Assembly: GCA_965202835.1 (NCBI GenBank)
Contig: CBDBCA010000002.1
Coordinates: 1,671,200 to 1,735,199 of the forward strand
DNA length: 64,000 nucleotides
Origin: Alphaproteobacteria bacterium
GTDB taxonomy: Bacteria > Pseudomonadota > Alphaproteobacteria > MPNO01
Direction: 5' to 3'
Positions 54,639-64,000 of this stretch are shown piece after piece; position 1 is the first letter of the stretch, and each line of letters opens with the position of its first letter. A model generated the notes under the pieces. It saw only the letters and a list, made by a program, of their open reading frames with translations. It was not told the origin of the DNA and did no database searches. The translations under genes were made by a program, and so were the position numbers.

Positions 54639-55679
54639 ATGAAGATCGGCGTGACCATCGGCTATTCGGGCTCCAGCTTCTCGGTTCCGCCCGGGGAACT
54701 CCAGGAGATCGAGAGCCTCGGCTACGATTCCGTCTGGACCTCGGAGGCCTACGGCTCCGACGCGATCACGCCGGCCGCCTGGGCGCTCGCCCATACCGAG
54801 CGAATGGTCGTCGGCACCGCGATCATCCAGATGGGGGCGCGGACGCCGACCGCCGCGGCGATGGCGGCGATGACCCTGCAGGCGCTCTCGGGCGACCGCT
54901 TCGTGCTCGGCATCGGCCCGTCCGGTCCGCAGGTGATCGAGGGCTGGTACGGCATCCCCTACGGCAAGCCGCTGACCCGGACCCGCGAATACATCGCGAT
55001 AATCCGCAAGATCCTCGACCGCGAGGCGCCGCTGACGCACGAGGGCGAGCACTACACCATCCCCGCCGCCGGCCCCGGCGTCACCGGGCTGGGCCGGCCG
55101 CTCAAGAGCATCCTGCACGCCAGGCCCGGGCTCAGGATCTTCACCGGCGCGTTCACCCCGGCGGGCGTGCGCACCGCGGCCGAGATCGCCGACGGGTTCT
55201 TCCCGGTCTTCATGAACCCCGAGCGCTTCGACCTGTTCCAGGGGCCGCTGAACGACGGCTTCGCGGCGGCGGGCGGCGGCAAGAGCCTCGCCGATTTCGA
55301 GATCGCGCCCTTCGTCCCGGTCCATGTCGGCGACGACCTCGACGCCTGCCGCATGGAGGTCAAGCAGCACCTCGCGCTCTATGTCGGCGGGATGGGCGCG
55401 CGGGAGAAGAACTTCTACAACGACTACACCGTCCGGCTCGGCTACCCCGACGCGGCGGCCGAGGTGCAGGACCTCTTCCTCGGCGGCAAGCGCCGGGAGG
55501 CGGCGGCGGCGATCCCCGATTCCTTCGTCGACGACATCGCGCTGGTAGGTTCGCGCGAGAGGATCCGCGAGCGCCTGTCGGTGTGGAAGGACGCGGCGGC
55601 GAAGGGCCATGTCACGACCCTGATCGCCAACCGCTCGGACGCGCAGGCGCTCCGCGTGCTCGCCGAAGAGGTGCTGTAG
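54639..55679 (+). CDS. LLM-class, putatively F420-dependent oxidoreductase
   Basis: WTSEAYGSDA, LGIGPSGPQVIEGWYG, YVGGMGA...NFY. Confidence 0.9.
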   Translation: MKIGVTIGYSGSSFSVPPGELQEIESLGYDSVWTSEAYGSDAITPAAWALAHTERMVVGTAIIQMGARTPTAAAMAAMTLQALSGDRFVLGIGPSGPQVIEGWYGIPYGKPLTRTREYIAIIRKILDREAPLTHEGEHYTIPAAGPGVTGLGRPLKSILHARPGLRIFTGAFTPAGVRTAAEIADGFFPVFMNPERFDLFQGPLNDGFAAAGGGKSLADFEIAPFVPVHVGDDLDACRMEVKQHLALYVGGMGAREKNFYNDYTVRLGYPDAAAEVQDLFLGGKRREAAAAIPDSFVDDIALVGSRERIRERLSVWKDAAAKGHVTTLIANRSDAQALRVLAEEVL

Positions 55680-55688
55680 GGGCGCGCG

Positions 55689-56150
55689 ATGGAGCTGACC
55701 GACGAGGACGTTCGCGAGATCCTCGATCTGATCGACAAGTCGAAATTCGACTATTTCGAGATCGAGTATCGCGGCCTCAGGCTCACGGTCGGCAAGACGC
55801 CGGTCGCCGCGGCGCCCGCCCGCGCTTCGGTCTCCGCAGCCCCGCCGAGCCCGGAACCGGCAACCGTCCCCGCTCCGCGCAAGCACCGCGAGATCCCGGA
55901 CGGGCTCGCCGCGATCCCGGCGCCAATGGTCGGCACCTTCTACCCCGCGCCCCAGCCCGGCGCGCCGCCCTTCGTGAGCGTGGGCGATAAGGTCGAGCCC
56001 GACACCACGGTCGGGCTGATCGAGGTGATGAAGGTGTTCACCGCCGTGACCGCCGGCCTCGTCGGGACGATCGAGGAGGCGCTGGCCGGCGACGCCCAGG
56101 GCGTCGAGTACGGCGAGCCCCTGTTCCTGGTCCGCCCGGACGGGGGGTAG
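55689..56150 (+). CDS. Biotin carboxyl carrier protein
   Basis: APMVGTFY..P, EVMK biotinylation motif. Confidence 0.9.
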   Translation: MELTDEDVREILDLIDKSKFDYFEIEYRGLRLTVGKTPVAAAPARASVSAAPPSPEPATVPAPRKHREIPDGLAAIPAPMVGTFYPAPQPGAPPFVSVGDKVEPDTTVGLIEVMKVFTAVTAGLVGTIEEALAGDAQGVEYGEPLFLVRPDGG

Positions 56151-56195
56151 GGCGTAACCGTGGCAACCGGAAGTCTCGCACCCGATACCCTCCAC

Positions 56196-56289
56196 CGTCA
56201 TGGTCGGCGAAGGCCGACCATCCACGTTTTGTTTTTTGTTTCCAGCGCCGCAAAAACTCGTGGATGGTCGGCCTTCGCCGACCATGACG
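56196..56289. repeat. REP-like doublet, family A
   Basis: Same arms as the other copies. Confidence 0.9.
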
Positions 56290-56327
56290 AATGGAAGGGG
56301 CCACGCCCCCGGGACGGTCATTAGCCC

Positions 56328-57785
56328 ATGGCGGCGATCCGCTTCGTCGACACCACGATCCGCGACGGGCATCTGAGTCTCTGGGCGTCCGGGATGACCA
56401 CGGGGATGATGCTCCCCGTCGTCGGGACGCTGGACCAGGCCGGGTTCGACGCGATCGAGGTGCTTTCCGACGGCCAGATGGGGAAGGCGGTCCGCGACCT
56501 GAAGGACGATCCGTTCGAGCGTATGCGCATGATGGCCGAGCGCGCGCCGAACACCCCGCTCCGGCTGATCGCGGGCCGCATCGCGACCTTCGAGTACGAG
56601 CCGCCCGAGGCGTTCGCGCTGTTCCTCCGGCTCGCCGCGCGGAACGGCATCTCCGAGGTGCGGATTTCCGATCCGTGGAACGAATACGCCGGCTGGAAGC
56701 GCCGGGTGGACGCCGCGCACGCCGCCGGGCTCCGCGTCATCCTCAACCTCGTCTATTCCATCTCGCCGGTCCACACCGACGCCTATTACGCGGAACGCTG
56801 CCGCCAAGCCGCATCGCTCGGCGTGTACCGGCTCTGCTTCAAGGATCCGGGCGGGCTGCTGACGCCCGAGCGCACGAAGGCGCTGGTCCCCGTGATGCTG
56901 GAGAACGCGGGCTCCACGCCGGTCGAGTTCCACACCCATTGCACCACAGGGCTCGGCCCGCATTGCTGCCTGGAGGCGATCGGGGGCGGGTTGACGATCG
57001 TCAACGCCGCGCTTCCGCCGCTGTCGGACGGCTCGTCGAACCCGTCGGTCTTCGACGTCGCGGCGAACGCTGGAGCGCTCGGCCACCAGCCCGATCTCGA
57101 TCTCGAGTCGCTCGGGCCCGTGTCCCAGCACTTCGAGACGGTGGCGAAGCGGGAGGGCTTTCCCATCGGCCGGCCGGTCGCGTTCGATGCCGGCCAGCAC
57201 CGCCACCAGGTGCCGGGCGGGATGATCTCCAACCTCGTCTTCCAGCTCCGCAAGGTGGGGATGGAGGACCGGCTGGCCGACACGCTGGAGGAGACCGTCC
57301 GGGTCCGCGCCGAGCTCGGCTACCCGGTCATGGTGACGCCGCTCTCGCAATTCGTCGGCAGCCAGGCGGCGATCAACGTGATCGCGGGCGAGCGCTACCG
57401 CGAGGTCACCGACCAGGTCATCGAATACGCGCTCGGCTATTACGGAGAGACCGCGATCGAGGCGATGGACCCCGACATCCGCCGGCGCATCCTGGAGCGC
57501 AGGCGCACCGGGGAGGTCCGGCGCGGCGAAGGCCCGGAACCCACCCTCGACGATCTGCGCGAGCGCTTCGGCGGTCCCGGCGTGCCGGATGAGGAGATGA
57601 TGCTGCGCTGGCTGTTCGGCGCAGACGCCGTCGAGGCCCAGCGCCGCGCCGGCCCGCCCGAGCCCTACCAAAGCGGCCGCCACCCGGTGGTCGATCTCGT
57701 CGACCGCCTCGCGCAACGCGACGACCGCGCCCTGATCGCGGTCGAGCGGCCGGGGCTGAAGCTGCGGCTGGAGCGGCGGGGGTAG
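56328..57785 (+). CDS. Carboxyltransferase (pyruvate carboxylase B / oxaloacetate decarboxylase alpha-like)
   Basis: DTTIRDG, KDPGGLL, HTHCTTG, HQVPGGMISNL, MVTPLSQ. Confidence 0.88.
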   Translation: MAAIRFVDTTIRDGHLSLWASGMTTGMMLPVVGTLDQAGFDAIEVLSDGQMGKAVRDLKDDPFERMRMMAERAPNTPLRLIAGRIATFEYEPPEAFALFLRLAARNGISEVRISDPWNEYAGWKRRVDAAHAAGLRVILNLVYSISPVHTDAYYAERCRQAASLGVYRLCFKDPGGLLTPERTKALVPVMLENAGSTPVEFHTHCTTGLGPHCCLEAIGGGLTIVNAALPPLSDGSSNPSVFDVAANAGALGHQPDLDLESLGPVSQHFETVAKREGFPIGRPVAFDAGQHRHQVPGGMISNLVFQLRKVGMEDRLADTLEETVRVRAELGYPVMVTPLSQFVGSQAAINVIAGERYREVTDQVIEYALGYYGETAIEAMDPDIRRRILERRRTGEVRRGEGPEPTLDDLRERFGGPGVPDEEMMLRWLFGADAVEAQRRAGPPEPYQSGRHPVVDLVDRLAQRDDRALIAVERPGLKLRLERRG

Positions 57786-57817
57786 GGCGTGCTCCAGCCC
57801 GGCTACTACCCCGACCC

Positions 57818-57846
57818 GTCATGGCCGAACTTGTTCCACTGGTGCT
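57818..57846. repeat. Half family-C REP plus start of the MITE TIR
   Basis: CGTCATGGCCGAACTTGTTCC-ACTGGTG matches the left junctions at 51691 and 24914. Confidence 0.55.
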
Positions 57847-58234
57847 CGCCCATTTCGACTACGATTTCCGCCTCCACGGCAAGGAGGGCGGGCTCCGGCG
57901 CACCACCTGGATATTCGAGCCGCGCCCGGATGACGGCGAGGGCGGCGCCGAGATGCGGGAGGCGGTCATGGCTGCCGCCGACCTCCACCGGGAGTTGCTG
58001 GACCGCGTGTTCGCCGATGTTCTGAAGGGACGAAGGAGGCCGGTCCTGAGCGATCCCCCGGACGGAGGGCATGGCGGTCCGGAACCCTCCCTGGTTTCGG
58101 GATACCAGTATGTCGGGCGGCTGACCTGGAAGGGCGGGTGCCGTCTCGGAGGGCGTCTGCGTGTAAGAGCTTTGCATCTTGCACGGCTTTCGGCCCGCTG
58201 GACCGGGACGCTCAGGCTGCCATGGCCGACAGCT

Positions 58235-58700
58235 TGACGGTTAGGCTGGTTTTGACTGGGTTGCGGGGCTGTTCCTCCTCGAAGCGGTTGGGGCTGAGAT
58301 AGCCGAGGGCCAGGTGGAGGTGGCCTCTCGTTATAGCTGTCGATGAAGCGCGGCAGGTGCTCGGCAACGTAATCTGCGCTCTCGAAGGCCAAGGGATAGA
58401 CGCCCTCGACCTTTCGGCGTCTTCATGAAGCTTTCCATCATCGCGTTGTCGTAAGGGTTGCCGCGGCGTCCCATCGAGCCCACCAGACTGCGTTCGCTGA
58501 GCAAGGCACGGCAGGCCTGGGCGGCGCGTTGCGAGCCCCTGTCGGAGTGCTGGATACCCGGCTCCGGCCCTCGATCGCGGCGGTGAGCGCTCCGAGGGTC
58601 AGCCACGCATCGATCGGTGGGCCGGGCGCGTGGCCCGTGATGCGTCGAGACCGTGCATCCATGATCGCCACCAGGCACCGTCGAAGCTCGTGACGCTCCC
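58235..58700 (-). pseudogene. IS3-family transposase remnant (frameshifted)
   Basis: Fragments DARSRRITGHA, HSDRGSQ, GNPYDNAMMESFMKT and YNER in different frames; limits approximate. Confidence 0.85.
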
Positions 58701-58781
58701 TTGCGGCGCCGCGCCGCCACAAAATCCCGCCAAACTCGCGCGTGACGGTCTTGCGCAATCGCCAGCGTCGCCACGGCCCGG

Positions 58782-59567
58782 TCAGGTGAACCGCGCACGT
58801 ATCCGGCGTTCCAGAATCGACGTCGCCAGGAAAGCCGCGACCGAGACCGCGGTGGCGATGACGCTGGTTCCGAAGGCGCGCTCGGTCAGAAATTCCTGCT
58901 TGGTGACCGCGAACAGGTAGCCGAGGCCGGTGGTTCCCATCAGGAACTCCGCGATCATCGCGGCCAGGATGGCATGCGCCGCGGCGAGCCTGAGCGCGAT
59001 CGCCATATTGGGAACCGCGGCCGGCAGCGCGAGTCGCCGCAGCGTCGCCCAGCGCGACGCGCCAAGGGCGGAGAACAGATCCTGGCTGCCGTGCGGCAGG
59101 TCACGCAGCCCCGCCGTGGTGAACACGAAGGACGGGAAAAAGGTGATGATCGCGACGATGGCGATTTCCGTCGCCATGTTGTAGCCGAGGATGCGAGCAA
59201 TGATCGGGATCATGGAAACCACGGGCACGGAGCTGAACAGCACCGCGGTCGGGCTCACGATGCCGCTCAGCAGCGGCGAGAACCACGTCAGAACGGCAAG
59301 ACCCGTGCCGACCGCGAGCCCGCACGCCAACCCGACCAGGGCGACGAAGAGCGTCACCGAGGTGTTCTCGATATAGACGCCGGGGTTGGAGACCATGTCG
59401 ACCGCCACGCCCTGCGGCGACGGCATGACGATGGGATTGAAGTCATTGACCACGACCCAGCCCTCCCAGGCAACGAGGATCAGCAGGATCCCCCAGTTGA
59501 GAAGGAGGAACCGGGTGACCACGTTGCGCCGCGTGGTCTCCGCTCGGTCGAGGGTGCCGACGGCCAT
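58782..59567 (-). CDS. ABC permease (nitrate/sulfonate/pyrimidine type)
   Basis: LGASRW..L.RL.LPAA.P, AEFL..GLG. Confidence 0.9.
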   Translation of the reverse strand: MAVGTLDRAETTRRNVVTRFLLLNWGILLILVAWEGWVVVNDFNPIVMPSPQGVAVDMVSNPGVYIENTSVTLFVALVGLACGLAVGTGLAVLTWFSPLLSGIVSPTAVLFSSVPVVSMIPIIARILGYNMATEIAIVAIITFFPSFVFTTAGLRDLPHGSQDLFSALGASRWATLRRLALPAAVPNMAIALRLAAAHAILAAMIAEFLMGTTGLGYLFAVTKQEFLTERAFGTSVIATAVSVAAFLATSILERRIRARFT

Positions 59568-59576
59568 CGCGGCGCG

Positions 59577-60335
59577 CTACCGGAATCGCCGGTAGGCCGC
59601 CCGTTCGAGCAGCGTCAGCAGGCCGAAGAAGAAGAGCGACACCATGGCGGCGAGCAGCACCGCCGACCACAGCAACTCGATCTGGAAGTTCTGCATGGCG
59701 TTGATGATCAGGATGCCGATCCCGCGCGGCGCTCCGAACCACTCGCCGATGATCGCCCCGATCAGCGCGGCCGGCCAGGAGAGCCGCAACCCGCTGGCGA
59801 TGGCCGGCACCGCGGCGGGGAAGTTGAGCCGCAGGAAGCGCTTTACGCGGCTCGCGCCGAGGGCGGAGAACAGGTCTTCATGGGCCTGCGACGCGCTCGC
59901 CAGGCCGGAATTCATCGACACGTAGACGATGAAGAAGACGTGGATCGACGCCACTCCGGCGGGCGTCGCTTCGCGACTGATGAGGATCAGGAATATCGGC
60001 CCGAGCGCAATCGAGGGGATCGAATTCACCACCGCGGCGAAGCGGTCGGAACCCCTTTGCAGGATCGGCAGGGTATAGGCCGTGCTTGCAAGCGCGATGC
60101 CGGCGAGCGCCCCGAAGGCGTAGCCCGCGACCGTGGATCGCAGCGTCGCGTCGATCGCCCTCAAGAACAGCGCATGCCGATCAGGGTCCAGGAGATACTG
60201 CACCACTGCCGTGAGCGGCGGCCAGGACAGCCCGGCGAGCTGATAATGGCCGATGATCTGCCACAGAACGAAGAATCCGGCCAGCCCGGCGGTGCCCCAG
60301 GCGACGGTGAAGGCGCGCGCGCTAAGGCCCGTCAT
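59577..60335 (-). CDS. ABC permease (nitrate/sulfonate/pyrimidine type)
   Basis: LGASR, GAIIGEWFGA..GIG. Confidence 0.9.
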   Translation of the reverse strand: MTGLSARAFTVAWGTAGLAGFFVLWQIIGHYQLAGLSWPPLTAVVQYLLDPDRHALFLRAIDATLRSTVAGYAFGALAGIALASTAYTLPILQRGSDRFAAVVNSIPSIALGPIFLILISREATPAGVASIHVFFIVYVSMNSGLASASQAHEDLFSALGASRVKRFLRLNFPAAVPAIASGLRLSWPAALIGAIIGEWFGAPRGIGILIINAMQNFQIELLWSAVLLAAMVSLFFFGLLTLLERAAYRRFR

Positions 60336-61113
60336 GCCCCGTCCCTTCCCCCGGGTGCAGGGCGTCCGTGAGGTCGTCGACAAGATCGTGGAACTCGGCG
60401 CTCCTCATCATCGCGGGATCGCGCGGGCGGTTGAAGGGCGTCGCCACCTCGCGGATGATGCGGCCCGGCCGCGCGCTGAGGACCAGGACGCGGTCGGCCA
60501 GGAACAGCGCCTCGTCGACCGAATGGGTGACCAGGACGGTGGTGATGCGCTGGCGCGACCAGATTCGTTGCAGTTCGATATTCATCTGCCGCCTGGTGAC
60601 CGCGTCCAGCGCACCGAACGGCTCGTCCAGCAGCAGCACCTCGGGCTCCAGCACCAGCGAGCGCGCGATGGAAACGCGCTGGCGCATGCCGCCCGACAGC
60701 TGTCCCGGGCGCGCGGTCTCGAAGCCGTTGAGCCCGACGAGATCGATCAACCCGCCGACCGCTTCCCTGTCGACCGGACGGTTGGCGAGGCTGAACGGGA
60801 GCGCGATGTTATCGCGGACCGTGAGCCAGGGGAGCAGCGCGTGGTCCTGGAAGGCGATGCCGAGCGCATGGCGCGCCGACAGGCTGAGGGGGTCTTCGCC
60901 GCCGATGCTAACCCTGCCCTCGGTCGGACGCTCCAGCGAGGCGACCAGCCGCAGCAGGGTGCTCTTTCCGCACCCGCTCGGCCCCAGCAGGGCAACAAAC
61001 TCGGACTGCGCCACAGCGATCGAGATGTCCTCCAGGGCAAGCACGCCGTCGGCCTGCCCCTTGAGGGGGAACCGCTTGGTGACGTGCTCGATGGAGATCG
61101 CGGCGCCGGTCAT
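60322..61113 (-). CDS. ABC ATP-binding protein
   Basis: GPSGCGKST, LSGGMRQR, LLDEPFGALD. Confidence 0.95.
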   Translation of the reverse strand: MTGAAISIEHVTKRFPLKGQADGVLALEDISIAVAQSEFVALLGPSGCGKSTLLRLVASLERPTEGRVSIGGEDPLSLSARHALGIAFQDHALLPWLTVRDNIALPFSLANRPVDREAVGGLIDLVGLNGFETARPGQLSGGMRQRVSIARSLVLEPEVLLLDEPFGALDAVTRRQMNIELQRIWSRQRITTVLVTHSVDEALFLADRVLVLSARPGRIIREVATPFNRPRDPAMMRSAEFHDLVDDLTDALHPGEGTGHDGP

Positions 61114-61137
61114 GCCGTGGTTGTATGGACGCCTCCC

Positions 61138-61400
61138 GGGACGCAAGGTTCGATTTCGGTGTGACGGGCAGGCAGATTGCAGTTTTGTATCCGGCCTGTC
61201 GGTGCGGGACTTGATGCCCGCTGGCCTTGATGGAATCTGCCGATCCGCGCCTCATTTCCTCCGTGGGCTTTACGCCCCACACCGCATTCAGGCTTAGCGG
61301 ATCGCGGTCTGACCTGTTTGCCATCACTCCTTGTCGTGCCTTGCGCAACCTTTCAGCGGCCACCTCCTCTGTTGGTTCGCTGTCCCGTCGTCAGCCGCGC
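61138..61400 (-). ncRNA. Predicted seekRNA/bridge-RNA region
   Basis: About 260-bp non-coding region downstream of the transposase, where IS1111-type elements encode their guide RNA; RNA ends not determined. Confidence 0.55.
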
Positions 61401-62426
61401 CTATGCCGGCTGGCTGACGAAGTTCGCCTGGTACGCCCGGTCATGGGCCAGCAGGGCCCAGATCGTGCGCGCCGTCTTGTTGGCCAGCGCGACGGTGACC
61501 ACGTTGGCCGGCCGCCGCTCGGCCAGTCGCACCGCCCATTCGGGCGGCGCCTTGGCATGTGTGAGCACGCTCCGCGCGCCGTGGATCAGCAGGGTTCGGA
61601 GATACCTGTCCCCGCGCTTGGAGATGCCGAGCATTCGAACCCGTCCGCCGGTGCCGTCGTGCCGGGGCACCAGGCCCAGCCAGGCGGCGAACTCGCGCCC
61701 CGACCTGAAGGCGGCGGGATCGCCCATCGCGGCGATGACGGCCGTCGCGGTCAGCACGCCCACGCCGGGGATCTCAGCGATCCGCTTGCTGTCGGCATTG
61801 CCGCGGTGCCACACGCCGATCCGCCGCTCGATCTCGGCGATCTCCTCGTCGAGCCGGCCAACCCGCGCCCACTGCTCGCGAAGAGTGTCGATCACCATCG
61901 CCGGCAGCCGCGCGGCGACCCGCTCCAGGGCCTCGGCCATGCCACGGCGCATGCCGGCACGGCCCTGCGGCATCACCTCGCCGTATTCGGTCAACAGGCC
62001 GCGGAGCCCGTTGATCTGCGCGGTGCGGAACTTGACGAGCTGCTGGCGCATCCGGTGCAGCGCCAGGATCGCCTGCTGTTCCTCGCTCTTGACGGCAACG
62101 ATCTTGATGCCCGGCATCTGCGCCGCGGTCCAGATCGCCCGCGCGTCGTGCGTGTCGTTCTTGTTGCCGGACACGAAGGGCCGCACCGCCTTGGCCGGCA
62201 ACAGCCAGGGATCGTGGCCGAGCTCCAGAAGCTGCCTTGCCCAGTGCTGCGAGCCGCCGCAGGCTTCCATCGCGACCACGCACGGCGTGCGGTTGGCGAA
62301 GTGCTCCAGGAACTTCGCCCGCGTCAGCTTCAGATCCTCAATCTCGCCGGTCTCCATATCGACCCAGTGCAGCTGGAACACGCGCTTCGCCGTATCCACC
62401 CCGACGACGGTTCTGTTAGTCTTCAT
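61401..62426 (-). CDS. IS110-family DEDD recombinase
   Basis: GVDTAK, MEAC, KNDTHDA, IPGVG, GLVP...TGG, ISKRGD, VALANK. Confidence 0.96.
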   Translation of the reverse strand: MKTNRTVVGVDTAKRVFQLHWVDMETGEIEDLKLTRAKFLEHFANRTPCVVAMEACGGSQHWARQLLELGHDPWLLPAKAVRPFVSGNKNDTHDARAIWTAAQMPGIKIVAVKSEEQQAILALHRMRQQLVKFRTAQINGLRGLLTEYGEVMPQGRAGMRRGMAEALERVAARLPAMVIDTLREQWARVGRLDEEIAEIERRIGVWHRGNADSKRIAEIPGVGVLTATAVIAAMGDPAAFRSGREFAAWLGLVPRHDGTGGRVRMLGISKRGDRYLRTLLIHGARSVLTHAKAPPEWAVRLAERRPANVVTVALANKTARTIWALLAHDRAYQANFVSQPA

Positions 62427-62573
62427 CTCGGACCCTCCGGTTTGCCTGTGAAGAGCTTGCTCTTCCCCATTGGCACTTTGATGCCGTCGGCCCGCGAGGG
62501 TCCACTCATCCCTCAGGTCCTCGAACATCAGGGGGTGGGAGGCGTCCATCCCATTTCCTCCGGGCGGCGACCC

Positions 62574-63956
62574 TCAGCTGGCGACGCTCTGGAACCGGTC
62601 CATGAGCTTGGGGAGGCGCGCCTTGAGGTCGTGGATCAGCCTGTCGCGATCGACGGTGAGCAATTCGCGGTCCTTCATGACGACGTCGCCGTCGATGACG
62701 ACGGTGCGGACGTCGCGCCCCACCGTCATGGTGGCCACGGCGAATAGCGGGTCGTAGCGCGGGGTCTGATCCATCTCGCCGCATTCGACGATCAGGATAT
62801 CGGCCTTCTTGCCGACCTCAAGGCTGCCGATCTCCTCCTCCACCCCGAGCGCCGCGGCGCCGCCACCGGACGCGACGCGGATCAGCTCCTCGCTGGGCAT
62901 GATGTCGTGGAAATGGAGCGGCGTTCCCGCCACCGCTTGCTGCCCGATACGCGCCGCATGGGCCGCCCGGAAGATATCGAGCGAGCTCCACGAGGCGGCC
63001 CCGTCGGTCCCGAGCCCCACCCGTATGCCGCGCTGGCGCATGCGCAGCAGGGGGTGGGGTCCGACATGGTAGTTGTTGAACGGGCAATGGCCGACCGAGC
63101 AGTCACGCTCCGCGTAGAGCTCGATCTCGCCGGGCGAAGCCAGGGTCGAGTGGGCGGTATGGAGGAAGTCGCCGAGCCCGTCGATGCTTTCCATGTATTC
63201 GGCCGGGCGCTTGCCGAACCGCTCCATCGTGTAGTCGATCTCGTAGGAGCCCTCGCAGAGATGGACGTGGATGCGGCTGTCCATCTCGCGCGCGGCCTCG
63301 ACCGTCATTCCGATCAGCGCCGGCGAGCAGGTGATGATCTGGCGCAGCGCGAGCCACGCCCGTACCCGGTCCTGGCCCGCCCATCGCCGGACCAGCTCCA
63401 CGTTGGTGCACAGAGCGCGATCGGTCTCCATGCGCATCGGCACGGGGAAGGCCTCGCCCTGGTCGATGATCGAGCAGGCGAGAAAACCGCGTATACCGGT
63501 TTCCAGCGCGGCGCGGCCCATCTCGTCGGGGTGGGGCCCGCCGGCCTCGGCGAAGCAGGTGGTGCCGACGGTGATCATGTTGGCGTAGCAGGCGAGCCCG
63601 CTCAGATAGACGTCCTCGGGGTCGAGCATCGCCTCGAACGGGATGTAGTAGTTTTTCCAGATCGGGATCTTCACCCGCTCGCGGCGCGCGATCTCGGCAA
63701 TCTTGCCGCGCAGCAGATGTTGGGCGGTATGCACATGGGTGTCGATCAGCCCCGGCATGGCGATCGTGCCGGCGCCGTCGATCGTCGAGGCGGCGTCGAA
63801 CAATCGACGCGCGTCGGAACCCGGCCCGATCCAGCTTATGCGGTTGCCCGAGACCGCGATCGCTCCGTCGGGGACCACCGTCCCCGCCGGGTCGAGGCAC
63901 ACCAAATCGGCGCCGGCGATCAGCAGATCCACCGGCTCGCGCTTTCCGTCCGTCAT
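62574..63956 (-). CDS. Amidohydrolase (AtzA/SsnA/MTA deaminase-like)
   Basis: PGLIDTHVH, HVHLCE, GLGTDG, GSLEVGKKAD. Confidence 0.92.
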   Translation of the reverse strand: MTDGKREPVDLLIAGADLVCLDPAGTVVPDGAIAVSGNRISWIGPGSDARRLFDAASTIDGAGTIAMPGLIDTHVHTAQHLLRGKIAEIARRERVKIPIWKNYYIPFEAMLDPEDVYLSGLACYANMITVGTTCFAEAGGPHPDEMGRAALETGIRGFLACSIIDQGEAFPVPMRMETDRALCTNVELVRRWAGQDRVRAWLALRQIITCSPALIGMTVEAAREMDSRIHVHLCEGSYEIDYTMERFGKRPAEYMESIDGLGDFLHTAHSTLASPGEIELYAERDCSVGHCPFNNYHVGPHPLLRMRQRGIRVGLGTDGAASWSSLDIFRAAHAARIGQQAVAGTPLHFHDIMPSEELIRVASGGGAAALGVEEEIGSLEVGKKADILIVECGEMDQTPRYDPLFAVATMTVGRDVRTVVIDGDVVMKDRELLTVDRDRLIHDLKARLPKLMDRFQSVAS

Positions 63957-64000
63957 CTGGAGTTACCCCGAACGCCCGGCCGCGTGCGGCCGGGGGCCGG

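Larger units (their letters stand above)
61122..62556 (-). mobile_element. IS110-family element, IS1111 type
   Basis: Perfect 13-bp subterminal IR ATGGACGCCTCCC (61125-61137) / GGGAGGCGTCCAT (62537-62549); no TSD; ends uncertain by about 2 nt. Confidence 0.88.

Overview
High-GC bacterial chromosome segment, most likely an alphaproteobacterium (Rhodospirillales-like), inferred from the mutM/ubiE-ubiB-DUF1491-coaBC-dut-moeB block. Most of it is housekeeping and aromatic/N-heterocycle catabolism: Rieske oxygenases, amidase, hydantoinase A/B, PreA, a DUF1302-DUF1329-YCF48-RND uptake locus, ABC transporter and amidohydrolase. Accessory DNA of note: (1) a tightly packed six-gene type I restriction-modification operon, hsdM-HEPN-MNT::hsdS-DUF4365-unknown-hsdR, in which the antitoxin of a HEPN/MNT toxin-antitoxin pair is fused to HsdS; this is the best candidate for an undescribed RM-guarding defence system; (2) an IS66-like element with 146-bp terminal inverted repeats, an 8-bp TSD, a giant coiled-coil transposase and a DUF4338 partner, inserted in codon 5 of a dienelactone hydrolase; (3) an IS1111-type IS110 element that separates a Shine-Dalgarno from its start codon; (4) a Fic toxin-antitoxin islet with a nuclease-HTH fusion; (5) at least four REP-like palindrome families, some nested inside two MITE families. 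All calls come from reading motifs by eye; no database searches were run, and start codons were often re-picked from the ORF track.
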